A stretch of DNA of 60,755 bases, taken from the IMG/VR virus record IMGVR_UViG_3300024518_001962, positions 1-60,755 of that record; one strand, given 5' to 3'. Shown here piece after piece: positions 25,574 to 34,932 of the stretch (within the stretch, counting starts at the first letter, position 1; every line of letters starts with the position of its first letter). The translations under genes were made by a program, and so were the position numbers. The notes below the pieces were generated by a model. It was not told where the DNA came from. It saw only the letters and a list, made by a program, of their open reading frames with translations, and did no database searches. The DNA comes from a virus. Its lineage: Duplodnaviria; Caudoviricetes.

Positions 25574-27246
25574 TATTTTTCACCCTTGGCTGTGTGCGCG
25601 TTAAGTTGATTAGTGAATTCCTCTGTAGTCATGTTTGGATAAAGAGAATTCATCAATGACTTACCAAGCTCGTAATTCAATCCTTTGTTCAATACGGCTA
25701 TATGTATTTCAGGAGCCGTCCAGTCGATATACGGTTTCCGGCCAAGCTGTTGTGCGCCTCCACGGATCGTATCCTTGATGAATGGAAGCAATGCTTTCAT
25801 CTTTGCCACGGCTGAGGGAATACTTTCACCAACCCCAAGTCCAGCGAACATCGGAAGCATTCTCCTGGTATCACTTTCCTTCAATCTATTCTTGAGTTCA
25901 GTTTGCATGAACCTCAATCCGCGATTTGCAATTTGACGAAGTTCAGTTCTTCTCTTGACAACACCGGGCCACGCAAGTGCGCTAGTCCACTGACCGGCAT
26001 ACTTTGTGAGGCCTTCGTATATATTTCCCCTGAAGCCAACGTCCATTTGTGTCAATTCATTTATTGATTTCGATATCTGATTAATTAACTGTGTCCCGGT
26101 TCTTTCTATGACAGCAAAGTCTGTCTGTGTTCCTCTTGTCGGAGGTGGCGTACCAGTGCCCATCATGGCGACTCCGGTGTTCATATCAACCTGTGCCCAG
26201 TAGTTTTTGGCCTCCTCGCCATAACGGCGCCGCTTCAACTGGGCCATCAACCCCTTTATCTTCTCATTTTTATTTGGGTCTTTGCCTTGATTTATGAGTT
26301 TCTTGGATCGATATTCGATTTGCCTAAGGAGTTTATTGCCAAGTTCGTTCTCGCCACGCATTTCCGCTTCTTCTTTTCTCACAGAAGATTCAGCGATAGC
26401 ATCCTCTATCTCCTCAAGGACACTTGGAGTAATTTTATCGATGCCTCCTGAAAACTTCACAATATCTTTCCATTTCTTATGTAGAGCTTTGTCGCCCGAC
26501 TTGAGGACGATTTTTTTGGCCTCTTTAACATTTGCCTTATGCTCTTTATGTAATGAAACCTCCCCAAGAAGATCGTTTAATGGGGCTTGTGGAATTTTAC
26601 CTGCGCCATACTCTTTCCTGAGTGCTTTAAACTTTTTTTGGTGAACAGAATTCCCGTCAGTCATAATTGACCTTGCCTGAGAATTATAGATAGTCCTTTC
26701 CTTATCAGCCGCTTCTCTCTCTGTCTTCTTCTTTTCTTCTCTTTCTTTTGTAGCTGCCTCTCCCAACTTAGCAGTCCGGTAAATTTCCTCTAATTCAGAT
26801 AATGATGTTTCTTTACCCACAGACCCGTTCACGTAATCGGTTTCTTCTAGGGCATTATTCGCCACAATATCCGCAGTGTCGGCGATACCTTTCCTTAATT
26901 TCCTTTTTTCTGTACGTTTTTCTTTTGCAAGAGTTCTAAATTCACCTGCTAATCTTGCATTTGCGGAGTAAACAGCCCTTGCGTCAGCCGACTGGCGTTT
27001 AAGGCGAGATTCTCGAGCTGCGGCATTCGTGGCGGCTTCCTTCATACCGGCCGCATTTCCGGCCTCAAGGGCCGCTCCGATGTCCCTGAAGGTGCCAGAG
27101 GTGGTATTTGAGGGATTACGCCCCCCTTTCATCAAAGAGGCCCCCATGGCCATTAATTCGGCTCTGGATGGCATTTGGAAGCCTGTTTCGGCCTCTGGCT
27201 CGCTCATACTGTTTTTAATGGCCTGCAAAGAGGCTAATCCTGCCAT
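25573..27246 (-). CDS. Internal virion / ejection protein
   Basis: Helical coiled-coil, begins MAGLASL; position in ejection cluster. Confidence 0.65.
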   Translation of the reverse strand: MAGLASLQAIKNSMSEPEAETGFQMPSRAELMAMGASLMKGGRNPSNTTSGTFRDIGAALEAGNAAGMKEAATNAAARESRLKRQSADARAVYSANARLAGEFRTLAKEKRTEKRKLRKGIADTADIVANNALEETDYVNGSVGKETSLSELEEIYRTAKLGEAATKEREEKKKTEREAADKERTIYNSQARSIMTDGNSVHQKKFKALRKEYGAGKIPQAPLNDLLGEVSLHKEHKANVKEAKKIVLKSGDKALHKKWKDIVKFSGGIDKITPSVLEEIEDAIAESSVRKEEAEMRGENELGNKLLRQIEYRSKKLINQGKDPNKNEKIKGLMAQLKRRRYGEEAKNYWAQVDMNTGVAMMGTGTPPPTRGTQTDFAVIERTGTQLINQISKSINELTQMDVGFRGNIYEGLTKYAGQWTSALAWPGVVKRRTELRQIANRGLRFMQTELKNRLKESDTRRMLPMFAGLGVGESIPSAVAKMKALLPFIKDTIRGGAQQLGRKPYIDWTAPEIHIAVLNKGLNYELGKSLMNSLYPNMTTEEFTNQLNAHTAKGEK

Positions 27247-27776
27247 TACGAACCCTCCAACTCAGTTTCGAGGTATTTCCAGTTGGTGCCATTCTTGATG
27301 TGATATATAGCGGTTGCACTTACGTCAAAATCTTTCGATATTGATCGATTTGATTCACTACCAGAAATCCTGCGTCTTATTTCAATGACATTTTTCTCCG
27401 TCAATTTTGACATATGATTACTTGATCCACGGCGATACAATTCGTTAGATGCGGCATGCTGTGCATTTTCCTTTTGTGTTACATATTCAAGATTACTAAT
27501 ATTGTTATTTAATTTATTAGTGTCCTTATGGTTAACATTAAATCCTTTTGGACGAGGGCCTAAAAACGCCTCTGCGACAAGGGAATGTACCATCCGAATC
27601 TTAATGCCTAATTTACCAAGACCAAGACGCACATGATAATACCTACCATCACACTGTGGTTTCAATACCTTCCCGACAGTAGCCCTCATTCCGGGTTTTA
27701 TGCGTTTTACCTTGCCCGTATTAGAGACAGCATAACATCCATCAGGCGTATCTACCCACTTCTCAAGTTCCACCAC
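27246..27776 (-). CDS. NUMOD4-HNH homing endonuclease
   Basis: YAVSNTGKVKR...VHSLVAEAFLG...VNHKDTNKLNNNISNLEYVTQKEN...KLTEKNVIEIR; AT-rich insertion. Confidence 0.9.
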   Translation of the reverse strand: MVELEKWVDTPDGCYAVSNTGKVKRIKPGMRATVGKVLKPQCDGRYYHVRLGLGKLGIKIRMVHSLVAEAFLGPRPKGFNVNHKDTNKLNNNISNLEYVTQKENAQHAASNELYRRGSSNHMSKLTEKNVIEIRRRISGSESNRSISKDFDVSATAIYHIKNGTNWKYLETELEGS

Positions 27777-28137
27777 CGCCCCCTTTAACCAAAGCCGTAG
27801 AGCCAGAATTATTATTCAAACTGGCATTACTTGAGCCTGCCCCGGCATCAATGGTGCCATCAACGATTAGAAGTAGGCCGCCGGCCGCCAGAACAATCCC
27901 GGCATCCGTCTGACCATCCAGGCGAATCGTTACCGCCTGACTCGGCTTCACCAGCATGTTTTTGATTGTGGCAAGTTGCGCCATCGGAATAACAGAGAAG
28001 GTAGTGCCATCTCCATCGTCAGCTTCCTCGTAGGAGAAAACCTGAGACTCATCGATAGACACTTCTCTCCGGTACGGCGTTCCCGGTACCGGCACTCCAT
28101 CAATTTCACACGTAACAGTCGTTACCATTTTTGGCAT
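27763..28137 (-). CDS. Putative small virion protein
   Basis: Beta-rich Thr/Gly/Val composition inside the virion module. Confidence 0.55.
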   Translation of the reverse strand: MPKMVTTVTCEIDGVPVPGTPYRREVSIDESQVFSYEEADDGDGTTFSVIPMAQLATIKNMLVKPSQAVTIRLDGQTDAGIVLAAGGLLLIVDGTIDAGAGSSNASLNNNSGSTALVKGGGGGT

Positions 28138-28139
28138 GA

Positions 28140-29162
28140 TTAAGCCGCCTTCTTTGGCGCGAATAAACCGGCTGTCGCTAATCCGGTACCCAAAGCCTGA
28201 GAGAATGGATTCGGGAGAGGCGCAGCGGAAACCGATAACGTCTGGCCACCGGATGGCGTTCCCCTGAGAATATCCGAAACAAAGCTCGTGCGCTGATACG
28301 GCTCGTAGGCCTTCTGCAAGGAAGACTGATACGAAGCGTCTAGGCCGGCCTGCTCGGCCGCTCTTTGCACTCCACCCGTAGCAGAAAGGGTGTTCACATC
28401 CTGCGTGTTCAAGGAGGTGCCCATCTGACCCAGAGAACCAAGGCCCTGCGCGAGGTTTCCTTGTCCCTGCGCTACGTTTCCGTAGCCACTGCCAATCGAG
28501 GCCATCTGGCCACCAATCTTTCCGTATTGCTGTCCGGACTGGTTGTACCCCTGAGATGCCTGCAGGGCCGTATTTTGCGCCTGATTATAATTCGCGTTAT
28601 TCAACTGAGCGACAACCTGATTGCGCTTGTCGGCCGTGTTACGAAGATGCTCGGCCTCGGCAATACCAAACCTTGAACCACCGAACGCGCCAGCCTGAAT
28701 ACCCGCCGCGGCGATGCCTTGCTGATCGATATCTGACTGACGGTTGATCTCCGCAAGCGATGTATCGATGACATCTTGCGTGTAGGGGTTCTGGTAAGCC
28801 TGACTGCCAGTTTTCATTCCTTCAATGGCTGCCAATCCCTGATTGGTTGGATCCACCCCACGGCGAGTGAGATCCAGCCCTTCACCAATCGCGCCAGTCT
28901 GCCCGGCGTACTGTCCGGCCGCATCGTCATAAAGACCACTAGCCTGGTTGAGATATGGTTGGTAAGAACCAACACCGCTATTTGCCAGACCGAATGCGCG
29001 TTCTTGATCGGGATTAAATCCAGCTACCTGCTGAGTTGGAATATCAACTCGGTTAGCCGCAACACCACGCGCTTCTTCCATCAACTTAATGGTCTGCTCT
29101 TTGGTGAACGGATCTAAAAACTGAACTGATTGTTGAACTGTTTCTGGGAAACCCTGAGCCAT
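28140..29162 (-). CDS. DNA pilot / ejection protein
   Basis: QQVAGFNPDQ...YQPY...YQNPYTQDVID...AGAFGGSR; Gln/Gly-rich. Confidence 0.75.
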   Translation of the reverse strand: MAQGFPETVQQSVQFLDPFTKEQTIKLMEEARGVAANRVDIPTQQVAGFNPDQERAFGLANSGVGSYQPYLNQASGLYDDAAGQYAGQTGAIGEGLDLTRRGVDPTNQGLAAIEGMKTGSQAYQNPYTQDVIDTSLAEINRQSDIDQQGIAAAGIQAGAFGGSRFGIAEAEHLRNTADKRNQVVAQLNNANYNQAQNTALQASQGYNQSGQQYGKIGGQMASIGSGYGNVAQGQGNLAQGLGSLGQMGTSLNTQDVNTLSATGGVQRAAEQAGLDASYQSSLQKAYEPYQRTSFVSDILRGTPSGGQTLSVSAAPLPNPFSQALGTGLATAGLFAPKKAA

Positions 29163-29164
29163 GA

Positions 29165-30358
29165 CTAAGCCCTCCCCTCAAGTTGATGCATCATTTCGTA
29201 TAGGGGTTGAGGCCCACCTGCGCCGTCCACCGCATCTTTTGTGAAAACAAATTCCCCCTCACTCAACATGGCGGGAATGTCATCCTGCTTTGGAAGCGGC
29301 GATCCGCCATGAGCGTAGCCGCCACCAGCATAGCCTTCTGGATCTTCCATTGGCATATTCTCTTTGATCGCTCGCGTGTGCATCTCATGTCGCCTGGCCT
29401 GATCCTTTGGCAACTTGATGCCCCATTCTCTTTTCTTGGCGATGATAGCCTCTTCAGTGGGAACGCCACCATTCATCTGGATCCACATGGCAATCTGCCC
29501 ATCGATATCTTCCGATGGATTTCCGCCACCAGGCTCTACTGCTTGACCAACAGACCGTGGCGTCATTGTCTGACCTACCGAACCCAGCCCGACATCCCCA
29601 CCATCAGCATATCCCTCGATATATCCGCCATCGGCATATTTTCCGATATATCCACCATCGGCCACTTTCGCGTAGCCAACAAGATCCCTGTCCTGAAGTT
29701 CCTTTTCGCCAAACCCATACCAAACACGAAGGTCTGCCAGTTCCTTGTACTTGGCTCGCATGTTCGGATCGCCTGCTTTCCAGAGGCGCTCGGCCTGCTT
29801 ATAGGTGGCGTAATCTTCTGGTTGGCGACCCTTAATACCTTCCCCTTGAGCTATCGCTTTGTCGAGATCTCCTTCATAAGATCCTTCTAGTTCTTCTTTG
29901 CTCAGGACATACGCAGCGATACCAAGCGGAACGCCCGGATTGCTTTTCATGAAGCTCATGATAGAACCAGAACCTTTGTTGGCCCCGGCGCCCTTAATGG
30001 AGCTATTAAGCCTACCAAGGTCGAATTTAGATCGATCTCCCGGCAACATCCCAGCCCGAAGTGCTGTTTGATCGTTCTCGAGTGCCGCCAAGCCACTTGG
30101 GGGGTCTTTGGGACTGAAGAAGCTCTTTCCCCCTCGGTAAAGAGCTCCACCACCGTATCCGCTCGCGCCAGCCTTAATGGCCTCGCTTGCGCCGAATTTA
30201 CTTCCCTTTTTCTTGGCAAGATATCCAGCCGCAAGTCCGGCCGCAGGAGCCGCATAATCCCCCCAAGCTCCAGCATCCTTAGGAACGAAGTGTTGCGCTG
30301 CTCCACCCGCGATCGCTGGAATTATATATTGTCGGCCATAATCTTTCCAAAAACTCAC
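29165..30358 (-). CDS. Internal virion protein with tandem YADGG repeats
   Basis: VADGGYIGKYADGGYIEGYADGGDV; DDIPAMLSEGEFVFTKDAV...LYEMM. Confidence 0.7.
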   Translation of the reverse strand: MSFWKDYGRQYIIPAIAGGAAQHFVPKDAGAWGDYAAPAAGLAAGYLAKKKGSKFGASEAIKAGASGYGGGALYRGGKSFFSPKDPPSGLAALENDQTALRAGMLPGDRSKFDLGRLNSSIKGAGANKGSGSIMSFMKSNPGVPLGIAAYVLSKEELEGSYEGDLDKAIAQGEGIKGRQPEDYATYKQAERLWKAGDPNMRAKYKELADLRVWYGFGEKELQDRDLVGYAKVADGGYIGKYADGGYIEGYADGGDVGLGSVGQTMTPRSVGQAVEPGGGNPSEDIDGQIAMWIQMNGGVPTEEAIIAKKREWGIKLPKDQARRHEMHTRAIKENMPMEDPEGYAGGGYAHGGSPLPKQDDIPAMLSEGEFVFTKDAVDGAGGPQPLYEMMHQLEGRA

Positions 30359-30362
30359 GACA

Positions 30363-30698
30363 CTACCCTCCTTTGGTTATCTTATCGCCAAACAACTGAA
30401 ATGTCACCGCCGCTGTATTGCCATCCACCCTAATGACATCAGTTTCATCCAGCGTAATTCCCTCGCCAAGGACAACCAGTTGATTGGCTGTCAGAGATTT
30501 TGCTTTCACTAGATACTGCTTATCCGTTGCTGCCAATCCGGCCTTGGCGATCGATACAGAATATGTTGGTGTTCCGCCGGCCGTTTCACTTACATAAATG
30601 CCGCTCACGACAAACTGCGCCTCTGACGGAACGGCATAGAGATCGAACTCAGTTCCCGTTCCGACTGCCTGTGCGAACACTTCAAAAGAGTCAGACAT
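30363..30698 (-). CDS. Small virion structural protein
   Basis: DLYAVPS...VVSGIYVSE...ITLDETDVIRV pattern typical after nozzle genes. Confidence 0.65.
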   Translation of the reverse strand: MSDSFEVFAQAVGTGTEFDLYAVPSEAQFVVSGIYVSETAGGTPTYSVSIAKAGLAATDKQYLVKAKSLTANQLVVLGEGITLDETDVIRVDGNTAAVTFQLFGDKITKGG

Positions 30699-30898
30699 TA
30701 CTTGCTTCTCCTGAGCATGAACTGGAGCCTAAAGTTGGCGGCCGATCCAGTCCTTGTTTTAATGGCCTCAATATTGTCCATCCGGCTGTTTATGCCATTC
30801 AGAACAAGAGTCAGCGTCCTTCTGAACTGATCTTCTTCGTTCTTGCTGTATTCAGGTCGGGCGTTCCCTAACGATGAATGGGTGCTTGAATGTCCCAT
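30698..30898 (-). CDS. Small virion protein
   Basis: LGNARPEYS..EEDQFRRTL. Confidence 0.6.
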   Translation of the reverse strand: MGHSSTHSSLGNARPEYSKNEEDQFRRTLTLVLNGINSRMDNIEAIKTRTGSAANFRLQFMLRRSK

Positions 30899-32733
30899 TA
30901 CCTTTTCCCATCCGGCTTGATGTCAGCCCTTATGTGACCCAAACGCCATCCCACACCAAGCGTATTGCTTTCGAATTTAATCACAGCTTCTCTTGTTCTC
31001 ATTCTGGGGAAAATTTGCCTCGTACTCTCGGTGATAGCTTGCGTTTTGTGGGTATCAAGGCTGTCTTGTGGATACCTTCTCTTTTTCGTGATCAGGTTTC
31101 CGGTTTTGGTGACTCCAGTTGTTCCTCTGAACTTAATGTCTGGCACCAGGCGATGCATGAAAATAAAGCTATCCCCATCCTCTAATTCGATGCCTGGAGA
31201 CTCGATGTAAGAATTCAACGCAGAACCATCATCATCAACACCACTCTCATGTTTGTATAGAATCCCGCCAGACACGGATGTGGATATTGGATTTTCGGAA
31301 TCCTTATAATCCATCCAGGCGGTTCGGGCCAAGGTGCCGAAATACCAAAGGCCTTCTTCGTAATTATATGTAACGTACCGGTCAATCGTTGAACTGTCGG
31401 CAGAACAGTAGTGCCATGATATTTCACTGAAATGCTCATTAGGCGCGACAAATATCTGTCCGTATTCGCCTTTGTTGATGTCATCAAAAACATAATCGAG
31501 AAGATCACACTTGAGTGCCTGAACCGTTCCATCGTAAACATAAAAATTATTCCCGCTCATCCAGTAGGTTTTTCCGCCATTCACGCTTCCCACAAAAGCC
31601 GCAGCATTTGTGCTGACGATATCAATATCACCGGCAATAAAGTTGAATCCATATGTAAATGGCGGCCCGATGTACTGCTGTGAGTACAGGGCCTCATCCG
31701 TCCAGACGAGCGTTTCGCCTTTCGCTAGATTTAGCGCAGCTACGATACTAGATCCGATACTTAACCTTTGACTGCCGGATGTATTCACTGCCGTTGGATC
31801 GAAATCAAAAAGACTCTCCTGATCTGACCATCTAATAAGAAGCGGATCCATTGTCGATGTGCCTAACTCATTACACCCATACGTAACAAGGTGTCTGTCT
31901 ATCTGGGACACGAGTGCCTGAAGGGCAAGAACGGGCACGTTATCCGCACCAGACTCTGCCGACAAAAGAGTACCCCTTACGCCAGTACCGCCAGAGGCGT
32001 CCCAGAAGTAAAGTGGGCCACCCTTGATATTGAAGACTAGATCTTCACCCCAATGATCCTGATGCCAGATCCTAAGCGTGTCCGATGTTGTAATGGTGGC
32101 CGCGCTACCCCACGTTCCTCGACTCCACGTTCCAGCACCCCAGCCAGGGCCTCCAATTCCAGTAGTAATACCGGTGTTTATTTGGTACGTAGCGGTTATG
32201 GGGGTTGTGCCACCGCCAGACCCAGTTGAAGAGGCTGTGGTGGTTACTGTGACGCTGTATGAGTTGGCATCAATGTATGTGAGCTGATGCTCTGCATTTA
32301 ACTCGTCAGCCGGAATCCCGTTCGTGGCATCCGCAGCGGCAAGGGTCACAAAGTCATTATTTGTTGCGCCATGCGCGGTATGATTCACAACCACCACAGC
32401 AGATCCGCTAGTGGTATCGAGTGGATTGTTTCCAAGGTTATCCGGCCCACTCCTGATTGGCGTGATGTCTTTGAAAGAGTTTCCCGACAGGATGTAATAC
32501 TTCAGGTTAGTGCCAACCGTGATGTACCGAACTCCAGTAAGGGTGTGCCAATGAAAAAGAGATCGGCATACTCCCTGGAAAGTCTCTGCAGTGTATTTCT
32601 CCCACCCACCGATAGACTCTGGCAGGCCCTTCCGAAAGCGCACCTTGTCACCGTCATACCATTTTCCGTTACTGGTATATTGGGTACCTTCTCGGTTCAT
32701 ACCTGGAGCTATGTTGAGCTTTTTGAGAACCAT
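30898..32733 (-). CDS. Tail nozzle / head-closure protein (P22 gp10 / tubular protein B-like)
   Basis: WYDGDKVRFRKGLPESIGGW...IRWSDQES...LVWTDEAL...WRLGHIRADIKPDGKR. Confidence 0.8.
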   Translation of the reverse strand: MVLKKLNIAPGMNREGTQYTSNGKWYDGDKVRFRKGLPESIGGWEKYTAETFQGVCRSLFHWHTLTGVRYITVGTNLKYYILSGNSFKDITPIRSGPDNLGNNPLDTTSGSAVVVVNHTAHGATNNDFVTLAAADATNGIPADELNAEHQLTYIDANSYSVTVTTTASSTGSGGGTTPITATYQINTGITTGIGGPGWGAGTWSRGTWGSAATITTSDTLRIWHQDHWGEDLVFNIKGGPLYFWDASGGTGVRGTLLSAESGADNVPVLALQALVSQIDRHLVTYGCNELGTSTMDPLLIRWSDQESLFDFDPTAVNTSGSQRLSIGSSIVAALNLAKGETLVWTDEALYSQQYIGPPFTYGFNFIAGDIDIVSTNAAAFVGSVNGGKTYWMSGNNFYVYDGTVQALKCDLLDYVFDDINKGEYGQIFVAPNEHFSEISWHYCSADSSTIDRYVTYNYEEGLWYFGTLARTAWMDYKDSENPISTSVSGGILYKHESGVDDDGSALNSYIESPGIELEDGDSFIFMHRLVPDIKFRGTTGVTKTGNLITKKRRYPQDSLDTHKTQAITESTRQIFPRMRTREAVIKFESNTLGVGWRLGHIRADIKPDGKR

Positions 32734-32741
32734 TTCCGCTC

Positions 32742-33257
32742 CTACTTCTTTGCTAAAAGTTCATTCTTCTTTGCCGATGAATCCGAAGATCCAAAGTAAT
32801 ACGAGATCACCTGATCGGCCTTCGCTGATGCGTAGCCAACGAGCGTTCCTACTAGAACCGCATTTGTTGGATTTAATTTAGCCCATCCACCAAGGACGTA
32901 GGCGATAATCACAAAGAACCCCAAGACCACTACCGTGGCCAGAACAGGGTGTGTCCATCCCTTCAGGGATATACCCATCTTCCTTGCAGAGTCTCGATCA
33001 CCCGCATGAACTTCTATCTCTTTGATGTCGAGCTCTTTCATCTTGGCCTTAAAGTCAAACTCGGCCTTTTTGATAGCGGCCACATCCTCTGGCGTTAAAT
33101 TCTTAATCTTTGCCAGAAGTTTGTCTTCGTTGGGGGCCGCAATTCCAAGAGCCTGGCCAAGCATGTCAATGCCAGCAGACACAAGAGGGCCTCCGGGGAT
33201 TAGGCTCTTTACGAGCGCGGGGGCAAGTTTTCCAACAACTCTCAGGATTTCATCCAT
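32742..33257 (-). CDS. Holin (3TM family-like)
   Basis: DRDSARKM...two C-terminal TM helices...VISYYFGSS. Confidence 0.75.
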   Translation of the reverse strand: MDEILRVVGKLAPALVKSLIPGGPLVSAGIDMLGQALGIAAPNEDKLLAKIKNLTPEDVAAIKKAEFDFKAKMKELDIKEIEVHAGDRDSARKMGISLKGWTHPVLATVVVLGFFVIIAYVLGGWAKLNPTNAVLVGTLVGYASAKADQVISYYFGSSDSSAKKNELLAKK

Positions 33258-33720
33258 GATCTGCCATCCTCTGGTAGTTTTCGATAAACTCATTCACCGT
33301 TCCGGCGCCAAGCGGCGTGTTGTAGTAGCTCTTCCAGTACGATGCCAGGCCAAGAATATCCAAAGCATCTGGCAAAGCTTCGCTCACGCGAAGGTAATGC
33401 ACTCGGCACATTGCCGTGGCGTAGGTAAGGTTCCAGACAAGCTCGCTGTCATCACCCTTCCATGTGGCTTGAAATTTACTCACAATAGACCTGAGTTCAC
33501 TTCTATGGTGAAGGTAGTTATCCCAGATATCTCCACATGTCGCTGGCTCCATCTGGTAGACACCAAGAGCAGGCCCACCGCCAAGTTGTTTCAGGTACGT
33601 CAGGTGACTCTCTTGCATGGCCGTTCCCATCAGGAGATTTTCTGCGGCCTCGCTCCACGCATCCATTGACTGGAGTGTGGGCCGAACAATTAGCTCCCTG
33701 AACTGAACTGGATTGATCAT
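33250..33720 (-). CDS. Endolysin (lysozyme-like fold)
   Basis: LLMGTAMQES...QLGGGPALGVYQMEPAT...YWKSYYNTPLGAG; adjacent to holin. Confidence 0.75.
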   Translation of the reverse strand: MINPVQFRELIVRPTLQSMDAWSEAAENLLMGTAMQESHLTYLKQLGGGPALGVYQMEPATCGDIWDNYLHHRSELRSIVSKFQATWKGDDSELVWNLTYATAMCRVHYLRVSEALPDALDILGLASYWKSYYNTPLGAGTVNEFIENYQRMADHG

Positions 33721-33980
33721 GATGGGGTTCCTCTCTTAAAGAATCCTTGCTCAAGCAAGTCCTTGGTGATTAAGCCCCTGAGCTTTTTCTTACATCCCTT
33801 GATCGGCCATCTGAAGTGGACAACCTCGTCAGATGTGGCGACCCACACGCCCTTACAGGTAGCGTAGCCCGATGCGACCACATATACCTTCTCTGTTGAT
33901 GGCACACCATATGCAGACCAACTCAACGATGCGACCAGAAGAAAAAGCAAGAACACCATTATATACTTGGGAGGTATCAT
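33717..33980 (-). CDS. Signal-peptide/membrane protein in lysis cassette
   Basis: MIPPKYIMVFLLFLLVASLSWS. Confidence 0.5.
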   Translation of the reverse strand: MIPPKYIMVFLLFLLVASLSWSAYGVPSTEKVYVVASGYATCKGVWVATSDEVVHFRWPIKGCKKKLRGLITKDLLEQGFFKRGTPS

Positions 33981-34279
33981 TTGCTTTTCAGACGGTTGAC
34001 CTCGGCTATCAAGGCGTCCATCTTCCTTTGCTGTTTGGCGGCCTTCACTCTCTCCGCATGGAGTTCCCACTTATGATCGGCTTCCGCCTGATTCGCATCT
34101 ACCTTTTTGGCGATAGACCGGAGCGTCTTGGTCGATTCGATCACAGCCTTCTGTAGATTCTTTACATCTTGCGCTACAGCCTTGGGGGCAGAATAAAGCG
34201 CAATCATCATCGCCGTGACACTAAGGATGGCGATCATCATGCCGACAGCGGAGTTGAGGAACTCAGATAGCCTGTTCAT
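33977..34279 (-). CDS. Single-TM coiled-coil protein (spanin/holin-like)
   Basis: N-terminal TM followed by heptad-rich region. Confidence 0.55.
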   Translation of the reverse strand: MNRLSEFLNSAVGMMIAILSVTAMMIALYSAPKAVAQDVKNLQKAVIESTKTLRSIAKKVDANQAEADHKWELHAERVKAAKQQRKMDALIAEVNRLKSK

Positions 34280-34581
34280 GGTTTAGCCTCCAGCTTAGTG
34301 ATTTTATCGTGCATCTTGTCTCTCTCTTCCCAGAGTTTCACGATGCTTGTTTCGTTCCTGGTGATCGAAGACTTAAGATCGGATACCCTCTCCGCTCGAC
34401 TGACTTCGATATCCTTAAACTCTTGCCTGTTCGCCTTGCCCATGCCATCAAGTCTCTCTTTGGTATGTTTTTGTTCGGCGCACAACTTCGTGAGTGTGAT
34501 GTTCAGTTTCACCCAAACACCGATAGCTGGCACGATAGCCATTACCACCCCAACAAAAATACCAAAATCTATATCCGGCAT
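34276..34581 (-). CDS. Single-TM coiled-coil protein (holin/antiholin-like)
   Basis: IFVGVVMAIVPAIGVWVKL followed by coiled coil. Confidence 0.55.
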   Translation of the reverse strand: MPDIDFGIFVGVVMAIVPAIGVWVKLNITLTKLCAEQKHTKERLDGMGKANRQEFKDIEVSRAERVSDLKSSITRNETSIVKLWEERDKMHDKITKLEAKP

Positions 34582-34593
34582 GACAATTCCTTC

Positions 34594-34932
34594 CTAGCTC
34601 TTTGGATACTTAACTTTTATCGCCTGTCTTTTTGTTGCCAGGACATCAAGGGCGTCTTGGCCGCCATCAAACCAGGCATGCATGAACTCTTCGTGAGTCG
34701 GGTACTCTTTTTGCCTATCTTCTGCGTAATTTTCTGCGCGAAGCTCGGTTGCGGTAGCGTCACGCAATCCGTCCTCTGTGTCGTTAAGCCGCTTCCCCGT
34801 GAACTCAATCACGCCATTGAGATTTCTGGCCTCAAGAACTGCGTGAAGTGCAGGGTCGAAGTCGGAAGGTAAATCGCCACGAGTCTGCCCTTTCCACTTC
34901 TTTGTTGATTTTGTGAATAAAATTCTAAGCAT
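34594..34932 (-). CDS. Tail fibre assembly/chaperone-like protein
   Basis: YAEDRQKEYP...AIKVKYPK, directly after tail fibre. Confidence 0.65.
   Translation of the reverse strand: MLRILFTKSTKKWKGQTRGDLPSDFDPALHAVLEARNLNGVIEFTGKRLNDTEDGLRDATATELRAENYAEDRQKEYPTHEEFMHAWFDGGQDALDVLATKRQAIKVKYPKS

Noticed and set aside
29165-30358. Tape measure protein (because of AxGG and PAMLSxGEFV motifs)
   Set aside because: Only 397 aa, no tail tube or tail chaperone genes; context is a podovirus-type ejection cluster
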